A stretch of 64,000 bases of DNA from Octopus sinensis (lineage: Eukaryota). Positions 39,815 through 53,790 of the stretch are shown here, one piece after another. The stretch is taken from positions 1,736,001 to 1,800,000 of the forward strand of contig NC_043015.1 in NCBI RefSeq assembly GCF_006345805.1, read 5' to 3'. The translations under genes were made by a program, and so were the position numbers. Position 1 is the stretch's first letter, and each line of letters opens with the position of its first letter. Below the pieces are notes generated by a model. That model made no database searches and was not told where the DNA came from. It saw only the letters and a list, made by a program, of their open reading frames with translations.

Positions 39815-40034
39815 TAAATTAGAGACAAAACCACTATTAGGCAAATCAAACAATGAAAAACTTAAGCCAATACATATGATTAATTTATATTATTTAAATA
39901 TATAACAAAATTATTAAAAAAATATAATTTTTTAAATAATTTTGTTATATATTTAAATAATATAAATTAATCATATGTATCGGCTTAAGTTTTTCATTGT
40001 ATGATTTGCCTAATAGTGGTTTTGTCTCTAATTT
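39815..40034. repeat. About 220-bp near-perfect fold-back palindrome in MPDU1 intron 1
   Basis: TAAATTAGAGACAAAACCACTATTAGGCAAATC...GATTTGCCTAATAGTGGTTTTGTCTCTAATTTA; very few mismatches; adjoins a (TA)n tract. Confidence 0.9.
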
Positions 40035-40128
40035 AATATAATATAATATTTTACTATAAAATTGGATTCAATCCTAAATCTGATTTTTCCTGTAAGTTTG
40101 GTTTTATTCCCTTATATTTATTATTATT

Positions 40129-40186
<58 letters not shown>

Positions 40187-40208
40187 CCATATATCTGTGT
40201 ATCTATCA

Positions 40209-40274
<66 letters not shown>

Positions 40275-40338
40275 ATATGTTGGTATACATATCTATGTGT
40301 GTGTAATATGCGTATATATATATATGTATATATGTGTT

Positions 40339-40381
<43 letters not shown>

Positions 40382-40666
40382 TAAGAGAGTTAGGGGCTGT
40401 GAATCCAACCAACTAAGGGATAATATCTATCCAATATACTATTGGTAGAATATCCAATTATTAAAACACAAGTGTTTTTTATTGCATTGCAATTACATTA
40501 CAGAGTGTACTAAATGGCTGAGGGTAATGTAAAGTATAATATGTTATACATGTATGTATATTCTTGTAATTGTCATTTTAGGAAATAAAATAAATAAATA
40601 AATAAATAAATTTACATCATATATCTAAAAGTTGAACAACCTATTGATCCCCTCCATTTTCTTATT

Positions 40667-40711
<45 letters not shown>

Positions 40712-42766
40712 ATATATATATACACACACACACACATGTGTATATATATATAAACGATGATGATGAAGATAATGATGATGATGATGATATATATATATAT
40801 ATATATATACACATACATATATACTACATACACAGTGAGAGAAAAGGTCAATAGAAAATGAAGTTAGCATGGAAAAATGAGGGGGGAAGAAAGAGAGATA
40901 GTGAGAGAGAGAGAGTGTTTCAATTAGGATATCAATGAAGCCAGCTTTTCTTTGCCTAATTTACAACTCGTTACACGTTTTCTTGTCTGATAATGCGTTA
41001 CACAATTCATACACACACATACCCAAACAGATAAGCCCGCATGCACACACTCACATATACACACACACACACACACGCACACAGAGGCTTGCATAAATTT
41101 GTTCCAAATAGTCATCTGGCGATTAGGGATTGGCTAGTATGTAAATTACTAAGTTAAATAATTACCATCTCCACTATTGCCCTACTTTAATAAATTATAA
41201 TTGCAGCATTCTTTGTAAGTATTATAGAAAATCACTAATTGTTTGTTTGTTTGTTAGTTTTTAATCATTTTTTTCAAAACTGTTTTTTAATGAAATACAC
41301 CATTTTCATTTTGCAATTAATTTTTGAAAATAATCAAAAATTTATTAGATTTAGTACAATAATTAACTTTACTCTTTTACTTGTTTCAGTCATTTGACTG
41401 TGGCCATGCTGGGACACCGCCTTTAGTTGGAGAAATCGATCCCAGGACTTATCTCTTTGTAAGCCTATTACTTATTCTATCGGTCCCTTTTGCCGAACCG
41501 CTAAGTTACGGGGACATAAACACACCAACATCGGTTGTCAAGTGATGGTCATGGAGAGGACAAACACAGACACATAAACATACACACACAACCATACCAA
41601 CTGGGAAAACAGACACAGGATGACGATGCTGATGATTATGGTGATGAGCATGAGAGGTAGTGTTTCTCAATAGAAATATGGTAACAAAAGGGTTTGCCAT
41701 CTTACATTTTTTTTACTCACCTTCCAATATGTGGCCTTGATGTCTCTGCTAGAAATAATTATATTTATGAGCCAAGTTGGTAGAGCACCAATTAAAGTCT
41801 TAGGTTATTTATTGTATTTGATGGCATAAAAAGAAGTATGGGTGTATTAGATGCAACCCAGTTTCAGCAACAAATATTTGTGAGAAAAATTATGGTTTTA
41901 GTAATTAAAGCTTATGGAAGGCCCAACTTCAAAGACAGACCCAAAGGATGATGTTTGGAGATATATTTTGGGAAAAAATTTGCATCTTAGATATCGGAAT
42001 CAAATTCGATGACTGGCATCCATGCTAGTGGAGCACTAAGAGCACCATCCGAGGGTGACCGTTGCCAGAGCAGCTAACTAGTTTCTGTGCTGGTGGCACA
42101 TAAAAAGCACAATTCGAGCGTGACCATTACCAGCATTGCCTTACTGGCACTTGTGCCGGTGGCACGAGAAAAAACATTCGACTGAGGTCATTGCCAGAGC
42201 TGCTGGACTGGCTCCTGTGCAGGTGGCATGTAAAAAACACCATTTGAGTGTGGCCAATACCGCCTGACTGGCTCTCACGCTGGTGGTATGTAAAAGCACC
42301 CGAAACACTCTTGGAGTGGTTGGCGTTAGGAATGGCATCCAGCTATAGAAACTCTGCCAGCTCAGACTGGAGCCTGGTGCAGCCATCAGGCTTGCCAGTC
42401 CTCAGTGAAATCATCCAACCCATGCTGGCATGGAAAGCGGACATTAAACAATGATGATGATGATGCCATCAGATATGATAGTTAAGTTCAGATTTGGCAG
42501 AGTCCAACTTTACTTCCCATATTTCTGTATAGGTAGTCTTAATCTATCACTTGATTTAACACCACTGCTTTTCAGGCTTGTAGTGGCACCTGTTATATTG
42601 CAAGTATTTTGGCTAAAGTTCTAGTCTGGTTTCAGGAGACCTTGCTTCCTTCTATCCAATTAATTGTCATGGGCTTTGCCTTCATTTCAGAAAGGTAAAA
42701 AAAAAAGGAAAATAAAGAAAGAAATAAAAAGGAAAAACAGAAAGAAAAAAATCCCTATCATAAGCA

Positions 42767-42838
42767 GGCCTCTTGGTGTAATGGTTAGCATTCTGGATTT
42801 TGAATCCAGAGATCTGAGTTCAAATCTTGGTGAGACCT
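42767..42838 (+). tRNA. tRNA-Gln(TTG), degenerate / probable pseudogene, antisense within MPDU1 intron 1
   Basis: GGCCTCTTGGTGTAATGGTTAGCATTCTGGATTTTGAATCCAGAGATCTGAGTTCAAATCTTGGTGAGACCT closely follows eukaryotic tRNA-Gln; A and B boxes present; TTTTT at 42845-42849. Two acceptor-stem mismatches (3:70, 7:66), T at position 32, and two G-U pairs in the T stem. Confidence 0.8.
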
Positions 42839-43177
42839 TAATACTTTTTACAGGCGCAGGTGTGGCTGTGAGGGTAGAAGTTTGTTTCTGAAATGTCACT
42901 AGGTAGCACCTTGGGTACATCTTCTACTGTAGCCTCAGGCTAATCAAAGCCTTGTAGGTGAATTTGGTAAATGGAAACTAAAAGAAGCCCATTGTATATA
43001 TGTATATATGTAGAGAGAGAGAGAGAGAGAGAGAAGAATACAGTGTACATTCAAACACAAAAGAGATACCCATAGAATAGGATATCTGACTCACTCCAAG
43101 CCACTAATTGTTATAATTCTGAAAGTGATTGAAAAATAAAAACTTTTACCTTAGTCCTAGACCCTATACATATATAC

Positions 43178-43251
<74 letters not shown>

Positions 43252-45599
43252 ACAATTGGCTTATATATATATATATATGTACATACAATGTGTGTATGTG
43301 TGTGCGTGCATGTGTGTGTCTTTGTATCTGTGTTTGTTCCACCACTACTGCTTGATCACCGGTGTTGGTGTACTTACATCCCTCAAAAGAGACCGACAGA
43401 ACAAATACACGGCTTTAAAAGAATAACCCAAGCCCTCTCCAAAGACAGTACACCAGTATGGCCACAGTCTGATAACTGAAACAGTTAAAAGCTATCTGCT
43501 GGTGGCGCTGAGGAATCAGGATAGAGGAGTAGTAAGAGGTAGCAGGTGGGGACACACGGTTAAAGAAACAATGGCCGTGAAGTAGTTTCCAGTGAATGGA
43601 TGTCAAAAGGGTTAAACCACAATTTCCGCTCAAATGGCCACATTGATACTTGATGGCATAAAATTGATTTTTACTGTATTATTCATAAGTATAACATTGA
43701 ATGTTAAATCAGAATTTACGCCTAAATTGGTATTTGATGTCACAAAATTGATTTTTACTGTACGTACACTGAATGTCTATGTATGAAAGTTTAGCCTAAC
43801 TAAACTCGGCGTTTGCCAGTCTAAAATATCAATTGTGAAAGTATTTATCATGAATAATGATTTCTAACATTGGCACAAAGCCAGAAATATGGGAGAAAGA
43901 AGGTGCTGTTAATTAAATCAACCTCTAATACTTAGACTGCTAGTTTTTTTTTTTTTATTGATCTCAGAGGAAATTAAAGCCAAAGTTAACCATTTGAACA
44001 CACAATTTAAAGGAATCTTAAGTAAAAATTTCAAAGCAATTAATCTGTCATTTGATTCAACCAATTCTCTCTCTCTCTCTCTCTCTCTTTCTGTACTGTT
44101 AATCATAAATATAACTTTTAATTTAACTCTATGAAAGTTTACAATTAAATTAGTGTTTGGTTATATCAAATTAACTTTTTTTTCTTTTTTCAATAATTAC
44201 TAATAATTTGGTGTTTGGTATTATTATACAGTATTATATTTTTATAATATTTATAATTTAAAATTTCATAAAATTATATGATTATAATACTTGCTCTTTT
44301 TCTTTCCCTTTTTGTTTTAATTAAATGGTTTATTTCATTGTTATATATTTTTTTTTCCTTAATTAGAACTAATTTAGTAGTTGGTATTATAAAACTTTAT
44401 GATTGCAAATCATAAAATTACAACTTTATGAATTCGAATTTTCTAAAATTACGCAATTAATATTTGGTATTATTAAATATCTTAACATCATAATTTTTAT
44501 GATTTTTAATGATTTTATAATTTTGAATTTTATAAAATGACTGCATTGTTGTTATATAATTTTAAAAAATTAAATGAAGCTAATTTGTGATATAAATTAT
44601 TTGTTTTATTGTTAATTTCGAGTTTGGTGTCATAACATTTTAGTTTTATACGATACACATATATCACTCTTAGAAAATAGTTTTTGCATTAATTTCTACA
44701 CATATGGGGTTTCGTATTTTAATGATTTTTATAATTTTAAAATGTAAAATTTACAAAGCTTATTTAGTGTCATAAATGTATTTTAACTAATTACTAATAA
44801 TTTGTTGTTTAAAATTACGAAGTCGATTGCCACTGCTGTTACATCACCAGTGTCGCTGCCACCACCACCACTACCATCAGTGCTTCCACGACGACCACCA
44901 CCAAAACTGCCATCATTTTACAACTATAATCTTTTTCGTCTCCCAAATCATTAGAAAGGGTTATCATGTGCACAATAAATTAAGATCAGGCTCGTCCTTG
45001 GGGGTCATAAAAGAAAACTTACAGAGCTAATAACAAGAGCTTCTGACTGCAAAATACTAAAAAATCATCATCATTGTTTAACGTCTGCTTCCATACTAGC
45101 ATGGGTCGGACGATTTGACTGAGGGCTGGCGGCACCAGGCTCCAATCTGATCTGGCAGAGTTTCTACAGCTGCCCTTCCTAAAGCCAACCACTCCATGAG
45201 TGTAGTGGGTACTTTTACATGCCACCGGCACGAGGGCCAGTCAGGCGGTACTAGCAACGGCCACGCTCAAATGGTGATTTTTACGTGCCCCCTGCATAGG
45301 AGCCAGTCCAGCGACACTGGCAATGACCTCGCTTGAATCATCATCATCATCATCATTTAATGTCCATTTTCCATGCTAGCATGGGTTGGACGGTTTTGAC
45401 TGAGGGCTGGCAAACCAGATGGCTGCACCAGGCTCCAATCTGATCTGGCAGAGTTTCTACAGCTGGATGCCCTTCCTAACGCTAACCATTCCGTGAGTGT
45501 AGTGGGAGCTTTAACATGCTACAGGCACAGGGGCCAGTCAGGCGGTACTGGCAATGACCTCGCTTGAATCTTTTTACACGTGCCAAAACCAGCTAAATG

Positions 45600-45990
45600 A
45601 ATGATGTTGAAGGTAGTCCCTCACCATCTTCTTTATGAGTTTCAGCCCCTTGAGATCAGCCCTCACCACTTTTGGTCATGTCCTCTTTTTCATAGGATCT
45701 TTGTACATGGATCACTCGACAGTTCTTTATTTCTCTGTTATCCTCTACAAGTATCACATATCTATACCAGTTCCGTCTTCTCTCTTATACACTGAATTTA
45801 CCTTCTCTTATGTCAAATTTTGGTGTTGGCTCCTTTACACATCCAGTGAAGCAGGCTTGCTACATCAGTTTTGCCAAAACCTTCACATATCTTCCTCATC
45901 CAATACCAATGCTTTGCTAAAATCTAACATTTTACTTTCGACACAAGCATCATACAATCTACCCTTCACTCGAAGAAAGATAGAATCCCT
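45600..45990 (-). mobile_element. Highly degenerate RTE-clade LINE fragment
   Basis: Minus frame LRVKGRLYDACVESKML...LLHWMCK resembles the RTE ORF segment downstream of the RT; many stops and shifts. Confidence 0.65.
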
Positions 45991-46325
45991 TTGTTGAAAA
46001 GCAAAACTAACAGCTTCCTAAATATTTTCCCACCCCATGGTCACACTAAGCTACAATGCTCCTGAAACGGTTTGACTATTGATTAGATCAGCTGGGTATC
46101 TGAAGCTGTCATCTATTTTCAAGAGACTTTTAGGAATTTATAGACAATCAATACCATGGATGTTCTTGCTGCTGTCTACTACTTCACATCTGTTACATAG
46201 TTACATCTGTAACATCTGTTATATAGTTAATCTGCTCATGATCCCACTCTACATTTCTTTCACATACTTTACATCGGATATACCATATGGCTTTACCATT
46301 TACTTTTCTCCTGCATATCAAACAT

Positions 46326-46704
46326 AGGCACAGGAGTGGTTGTGTGGTAAGTAGCTTGCTTACCAACCACATGGTTCCGGGTTCGGTCCCACTGTGTGGC
46401 ACCTTGGGCAAGTGTCTTCTACTATAGTCTCGGGCCGACCAAAGCCTTGTGAGTGGATTTGGTAGACGGAAACTGAAAGAAGCCCGTCGTATATATATAT
46501 ATGTGTGTGTGTGTTTTGTGTCTGTGTTTGTCCCAATAACATCGCTTGACAACCAATGCTGGTATGTTTACGTTCCCGTAACTTAGCGGTTCGGCAAAAG
46601 AGACTGATAGAATAAGTACTAAGCTTACAAAGAATAAGACCTGGGGTCGATTTGCTCGGATGGCCGCAGTCAAATGATTGAAATAAGTAAAAGAGTAAAG
46701 AGAG
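46326..46704 (+). mobile_element. Full-length copy of the major GGCACCTTGGGCAAGTGTC SINE family
   Basis: tRNA-like head, central (TA/TG)n, tail ending ATGGCCGCAGTCAAATGATTGAAATAAGTAAAAGAG. Other copies at about 14575, 16380, 25170, 33395, 33570, 33975, 41380, 42855, 49620, 54125, 58365 and 61560. Confidence 0.85.
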
Positions 46705-48662
46705 TGTATAGCTACTTTCCAGATGGAAGAAGAGTCCCGTTTTGCTTACTAAATTTGTTATCTTTGCTGCAGGCTGTATTTTGCAAGCTCTACACAAACC
46801 TTACTAAAACTAAAGGTTTTATAATAAACCTTTTGTTTCAGAGTGATTGAAATTAAAAGCTGCCACCAAAATTCCATGTTAATTTTTGCTCAAAATACCA
46901 ACAGGAAAATGGCAGTTATTCTACTGAATTATTCATTGTTTTCAAAATTAATTATAACAAAGGCAATGCAATTCAATAGAAATATGGTAACGGAATGGCT
47001 GAAACTTTGTAATTCTAGTATGTGCTTCCATATTTATAGTTTCTACTCAACCTTTTACATATTACTGCATTTTAACATGTATTTTAACATGCAGCTGGCA
47101 TGTAAAAATCACCCACTACACTCTCGGAGTGGTTGGCATTAGGAAGGGCATCCAGCTGTAGAAACTCTACCAGATCAAGACTGGAGCCTGGTGCAGCCAT
47201 CTGGTTCACCAGACCTCAGTCAAAACCGTCCAACCCATGCTAGCATAGAAAACGGACGTTAAATGATGATGATGATGATGATGAATATGATGATAAGGAA
47301 CCCTTTTTTGACAAAATGTAGGTTAAAAAAATGTCAGTTTCTTATACATGGATAGTATTATAATCCTTTACAAAAACCCTTTTTCCAAATTTTAAGACAC
47401 CCCAAAATTAGGGGGTTCCTTATATATGTTAAAATATGGTAAATTATCACACAGAGTAAAAATTGTTAAGAGAGTTTTAAGCATAGCTGGTCTTAAACTC
47501 GTTTACTCAGAGATAGAGGTGGTGTGGTTGCATGAGTCTTTGAGTCTGTGTTTATCCCTACACACAGCCACTTAACAACTAGTGTCAATGTGTTTATGGC
47601 CCTCTAATTTAGCAGTTTGAAAAAAGAGACCAGACTTTAAAAAAAATAAGTAATGGGGTTGATTTGTTCAAGTAAGATTCTTTAAGGCGATGCCCCAGAA
47701 TGGCCACAATCTAAATACTGACACAAGTAAAAGAGGCAAGACAAGTGAGTGAGAGCTTTGGCGATATACCACGCTCGTGTCGACCTGCCAAGCCAAGTGA
47801 GACTGCAGTCGTGGCCGATGTTGGTATCAGCTTAATGACACCTATGCCGGTGGCACATAAACCAACACCCACTACCTTCCCAGAGTGGTTGGCATTAGGA
47901 AGGGCATCTAACCATAGAAACCTTGCCAAATCAGATCAGAACCTGGTGCAGCTCCCTGGCTTACCAGTTTTCAGTCAAACCATCCAACCCATGCCAGCAG
48001 GGAAAAAGTACTTCAAATGATGATGATGATGATGATGGTGAAAAGAATCTTAGATAACAAAATCTGCGATCATGTATGTATAACCTAGCTACAGTCCCAT
48101 GTCATCATCGTATATCTGTGACTTAGCTACAAGGCTATGCTTATCTATCACGTCATTTATTTTCTAGTTGAAGCATGCTCTGAGTTGAATCTTTTAGGCT
48201 GTCTCATACTTTAGAGTCACAGTGTCCTATCTCTTTACTAGTTCTCTCGGTCTCTTTATGTATATATATATATTGATATCTTGCAATGGGTACAAGGATC
48301 ACTTCAATGAAATTCTATAAAAACAAATTACTTGTCACACGCTGAGCAAAACACAATGAGAAAGAAAAAAGGGAAACTGTCTTCAATGATAATGATAACC
48401 CTCGGACTTGGTGACTTGTTCAAAGAAGAATAAGGTTTCTCTGCAAAGAATTCCATACCAGTCTTACAGCTCAAGTCGATTTTTTCGACTAAAGGCAGTG
48501 CTCCAGCATGGTGAAGTGGACTTTTCAATTGGCTGGAGACTGCAACCTCCATTGCTTCTGCACTGGTGTTTTGTGTTTTGTCCAGTGGGCTTGTCTATTG
48601 ACTCGAAACTCCAATCTCTGTTGTTTCTGCTCTGGTGTCTTTTGAAATATGCATGTATATAC

Positions 48663-48696
<34 letters not shown>

Positions 48697-49844
48697 CCAT
48701 AAGTTAGAAAACATTCCTCTGACTGAGGTAGTCATGTATTTTCTCTACAGCAAATCACCAATATCTGTCCCTCTGTTATAGCTAAACCTCATCTTGAAGG
48801 GGTCTTCGTCTCACAAGATTCTGGGTGACCCCAGTAGTGTTGGTGCCATGGAAAAAGCACCCGTTAAAGTCTGTAAAGCCATAAGGAAGGGCATCCAGTC
48901 ATAGAAACTATGCTAAAACAGATAGCAGAGCTTGGTTCAGTGCTCTGGCTTGCCAGCTCCAGTCAAAGCATCCAGCTCATGCCAACATGGAAAATGAACA
49001 CTAAATGATGATGATGATGATAAGATATATGTGTGATTGTAGTGTATGTGTGTATCAATTTGTAACCTCACTAACGTCGGTTTTAAGACATAAGTATCCA
49101 GTACCCTCTGTAAAATGGTTGGCATTAAGGAGGGTAGCTAGCCATAGAAATCATGACAAAACCGACAATGGGACTTAAAACAGTCCTTCAGATCATTAGA
49201 TCATGTCAAACTGACCAATCAACCAGCACCTTCTTAACTGCAGTTCTTCAAGCCTAGATGATGATGATGATGATGATGCTATATATGTTTATCAATCATA
49301 AAATGATGATCTGCTGTGCTGGAAATAGATAGTAAAAAGATAACGAATGATTGAGACAAGTGTACAACTGCCATGTTGAAGAGGAACGGTCCAGTGCAGG
49401 CAAGAAGTTAAAAATGCACATTAAATGATGATGATAATGGTGATGATTATGATAGTGATAATGACGAGGATAATGTCCCTTATGATATTTGTTCTGCTAA
49501 GAGTTACAGACACTCATTTGGAAAGCATACTCTCACATGAGCAGTGAATTAGCGAAATTCCTCGATGGCAATATGCTGCCGACAATTAATTTTTCCCAAA
49601 CTGAAATATATCAAAACAGGTACTTTTGCTTGTTTCAGTCATTGGACTGTGGCCATGCTGGAGCACTGCCTTTAGTCGAGCAAATCAACTGTAGGGCTTA
49701 TTCTTTGTAAGCCTAGTACTTATTCTATTGGTCTTTTTTGATGGACCGCTAAGTAACAGGGATATAAACACACCAGCATCAGTTGTCAAGCAATGTTGGG
49801 GGAACAAACACAGACATACACATAAACGCACACGCACACACACA

Positions 49845-50035
49845 TATAGGGAGAGTTTACGACAAACACAAAAGACGAAGACAGGTGGTGTACAATAGAA
49901 ACAGATGTATCAGTATAACGCTCAGGAATAGAAAAAGTCTTTCACGTTTCGAGCCTACGCTCTTCCACAGAAAGGGACACAAAAAAAAACAAGGAGAGAA
50001 AAAAATGTGTGTAGTTGCTAACGATCTATCATGAC
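49845..50035 (-). mobile_element. Short repeat with hammerhead-like fold (CTGTGGA core), inserted in the microsatellite centre of a SINE
   Basis: Reverse complement of 59700-59870. Minus strand CTTT CTGTGGA A GAGC-GTAG-GCTC GAA ACGT G AAAG at 49939-49974. Confidence 0.6.
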
Positions 50036-50410
50036 GACACACACATATATATATATGATGGGTTTCTTTCAGTTTCCGTCAACCAAATCTACTCACAAAG
50101 CTTAGGTCAGTCCGAGGCTATAGAGGAAGACACTTGCCCAAGAGGGGCTGAACCCTGAATCATATGGTTGGTAAGTAAGCTACTCGCAAAAAATAAATAA
50201 ATAAATAAATAAGAACAAAACAACAATAATGACAAAAAAAACCCCCATTCTTCTCAAACCATCCAATTACGTCCCTTACATTTGCTATGAGTTAGCTGAA
50301 GTACATCCATGTGTCTCAAGCAGCAGGTGTTAGTGGGCAATCATTTAATTTCTGGTTGTAGACCTTAAAGAAGAAACGCTTACACAATAAAAATAGAAGC
50401 TGATAAGATA

Positions 50411-50446
<36 letters not shown>

Positions 50447-51097
50447 GAAGCAAGATTTCTTTGTTTTGGTATTTGTAACAGAATAACGTAACCATGACAT
50501 TAGAATATTCGACCAAATGGTATTATTTTCATTAATTTAATATTTCCCAACAACTACTGTACAACTTTATTATTGAAACATTGTTGTGCCTCTTTCAAGA
50601 ACCACATGATGTTTAAACACACACACAGACACACATACACTGCCTATTTTTTGAATTGTTTGGCCATTCTCTAATTCATAACTGTTGCCCTACTTAAACA
50701 ACAACTGTTATTCAGCCAGTTAAACTTCTAAAGGAATTCCAGATATTTTATCATTCTAATGCAACTGTCAATTTATTTATACACTCTGGTTGTTGTTGTT
50801 GTTTAACCCCAGGTCAACTCTGACTGGATAGAGCCACAATCAAAAGCTTTCCATCTGTTACCTTCAAGTCATTTTAGGAGTATGTGATAGATTTACAATG
50901 TGTAATCTGTCCTTTCTTTATTTAACACATCTCTCTCTCTCTCTGGCTGGGTAACCATGTACCTCTTCTATAACAAGACACTAGTTTGTGTCTCTCTGTT
51001 TCTCTGTCACACTAACTGGTCATCATCTAATACAAGATAACCTCCTCCAATGCTCCCTGCCCTCTCAACGATTCCTTGCCTTAGAAAGTTACTAAGT

Positions 51098-51362
51098 AAG
51101 CGCCACCTGCTCAATCCGGCCAAATCCGAGATCAGTCTGGCAAGCAAAGATATTTTGCGAGATATCAATAACACCATAAAAAGGGTCACCAACCTCTCCT
51201 TGTGGTGCAGCACCAGCAAAGTGACCACATATTTTAATGTCAACAAGGGTTGAGACAGAGAAAGAGGTACCCAATTTGATATAGTTGATTTTTACCCGTC
51301 TAAATCGAAAAGGGTCTCTAACCTCTGCTTGTGGCCCCAGCCCCTTAAATACACACACACAC
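51098..51362 (+). mobile_element. Penelope-like element RT relic, copy 1
   Basis: KRHLLNPAKSEISLASKDILRDINNTIKRVTNLSLWCSTSKVTTYF...TQFDIVDFYPS contains PLE RT motifs (RLxNPAKSEIG, FDIVDFYPS); ends in a (CA)n tract. Confidence 0.8.
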
Positions 51363-53533
51363 ATATATACATGCATGTTGATGGCACTTAAAAAGCATCC
51401 AGTCAACGCTGTAAAGTGGCTGGCATTTGGAAAGGCATCCAGCTGTAAAAACCATATCAAAACTGACCTCCCCTGTGCTGGTGCCACATAAAAATCACTC
51501 AGCCTACTCTGCAGAGTGGTTGGCGTTATAAAAGGGTACCCAGCCATAAAAATTGTGCCAAAAACAGAGACAGAAATATACTGCTAGCTCCTGCCTGGCC
51601 AGCTCCAGTCAAACTGTCCAACCCAAGCCAGCATGGAAGGAGGACATTAAACTATGATGAAGATGATGAACTACATTCTGATTTCAGAGGGCCTGCAAAA
51701 ACCATAGGTGTAGCCCCTTCATCCAGCCTAAACTATTTAAATAAAAATAATCAGTAGGGTGTAATTTCAGGGTCTTTTGTTTTTGATTCTAGCAATTTGC
51801 ATGATTACCTAAAACAATTCTTTGCTTATGGACCCCCTTTGATAGCTATTTCATGGAGATGGACCTGCCTAGCCATTCAATATTTAAAAAAATCTTATTA
51901 TATTCTTATGATTAAATATTATTAAGAATTCAACAAAAAAATTGTTGAAAATATCTTGTGTATTGTAGAAGTACAACCAGTTTATTGGACATAAATTTTA
52001 ACAAAAATATCTAATAGGAGTGGCTGTGTGGTAAGAAGCTTGCTTATCAACCACATGGTTCCGGGTTCAGTCCCACCTGAAGCAAAACATAAATCATCAT
52101 CATCATTGTCATCGTTTAACGTCCGCTTTCTATGCTAGCATGGGTTGGACGATTTGACTGAGGACTGGCAAACCAGTTGGCTGCACCAGGCTCCAATCTT
52201 GATTTGGCAGAGTTTCAACAGCTGGATGCCTTTCTTAACGCCAACCACTCCGAGGGTGTAGTGGGTGCTTTTACGTGCCACCGGCACAATCTGCATATAT
52301 TTCACCAATCTTGGTGGAATTGAGAGCACTAATGGACACTGTCTTGTTCTCTAGAACTAGTAAATAAAATGAAAATCTTGATAACCTGAATATATATATA
52401 TATATATTTTATCAGAGATTGCATGCATAAGTAATAGGAACAATTTGCTTTACAAAAGATCACTGCATATTTATATGCATTAAATTACAACTAGCTTACA
52501 ACTCAGTAGGTAAATTAAGCATAGTATTTCAACAAAGGTAAACGCCCACAGGGTCATTTGTTTCAACTGAATTATTCAGCTATCATGTGCTTGTTTTTTT
52601 TTTTTTTTCCTATTGTGTCTATAAGCAATTTTTAACCTCTGACACAGACAAATTTATCTCATGATCCTACAGAGTTACAATGTTACCTGGCATAAAGCTT
52701 CTCACATATAATAAACTATAGCAAGTCAACATTTTATACATGCTCTAAATAACAACATTATTATATTTATCATTATTATTATTAAAGTACATTTTGAATT
52801 CCGTTCTCCGATAGTGTTATCAATGTGGACACACGATCTGCTAGAAATAGCAGCCAAATCTCCATCCGTTCAGACGTTATTGTTGCACACAGGTTTCATA
52901 AAATATTATGGTTCTTATTAAGGCTTTTAATATTCTGAGATCGAATCCTGCCGGCGTCGTCAATTTTTACTTCTTAGTTTTTCCGGCTCGATGAAGTTAT
53001 GACCTTTGTACATGGAATGAAAGATGCGATGATCACGACAGGAACGATTTTTTCATTCCGGGCATGGACTAAGCATGTCTTTAATGTTCAACTGGTTCCT
53101 AACAAAATATACGTAGGGAAATTTGGGTAAAACAGAAATGATAACCATTTCGGGATGGGTTTCTGTGCAGCGAATAAAAAAAAAAAAACAGGTCGAGCGG
53201 AAGAAATGCCGGTAATTTTTTAAATGGTTTCGATGCAAGATCGGTACCGCTGGACGGAGTGATTCTGTCGCAAAAACACCAAAATCAATGTGAACTCCAA
53301 TCGATAACTGATGTGGAATAAAAGTAACCGAAAAAAAAACAACAACAAAAACAAAAAAACATAAATAAATATTCGCGGGCGCGCGCACATGTATATATAG
53401 TTTCGTGTTTACGTGGATTAATGAACGGGAAGCTTTACAAATCAATAAGGTAAAGAGAGAAAAAAAGAAATCAAAACAGCGTGGGTTATAACAAATAATA
53501 CATATTCAAATGAAGATGAATAAATTAACTTAC

Positions 53534-53630
53534 TATGAAAGAAATCATAGTGCACGAAAAATGTGTCAAAGCATGGCTGTGGACAGATTAATTGGATCAG
53601 AGAAATAACGAAGTCAACAAGACCCGCCAT
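53534..53630 (-). CDS. MPDU1: MPDU1 coding exon 1 (MAGLVDFVISLIQLICPQPCFDTFFVHYDFFH, phase 1 end)
   Basis: ATG at 53630-53628; 97 nt; followed by donor GTAAGT at 53533. The peptide resembles the MPDU1 N-terminus (human ...PEKCYDQLFVQWDLLH) and joins in frame to the exon at 29967. Confidence 0.9.
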
Positions 53631-53683
53631 TGTGAGAAACTGATTATATTTCAATGAGTTCGTAGAGTTACCTCGCTTGGATA

Positions 53684-53694
53684 TTTCCCGCCAA
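53684..53694 (+). promoter_or_regulatory. E2F-like site TTTCCCGCCAA in the putative MPDU1 proximal promoter / 5' UTR
   Basis: Exact TTTSSCGC consensus about 55 nt upstream of the ATG, inside a CpG-retaining stretch (about 52800-54120). Function is not shown. Confidence 0.4.
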
Positions 53695-53790
53695 GGGAAA
53701 TAAACACTAATAAGGGAAATAACTGTCAAATACGGGAGGTAATGGGCGTTTTTTTTTATTTAAGAGTACTCTCCCTTGAAAATTTAAGCT

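Noticed and set aside
51240-51253. In-frame TGA in the Penelope-like relic as possible selenocysteine
   Set aside because: It falls in the RT region of a degenerate fragment, not a zinc-finger cysteine position, and no SECIS was seen; ordinary decay is simpler.
53053-53445. 130-aa non-repetitive ORF in MPDU1 intron 1
   Set aside because: No recognisable domain and non-ATG start in the track; it sits in CpG-rich first-intron sequence.
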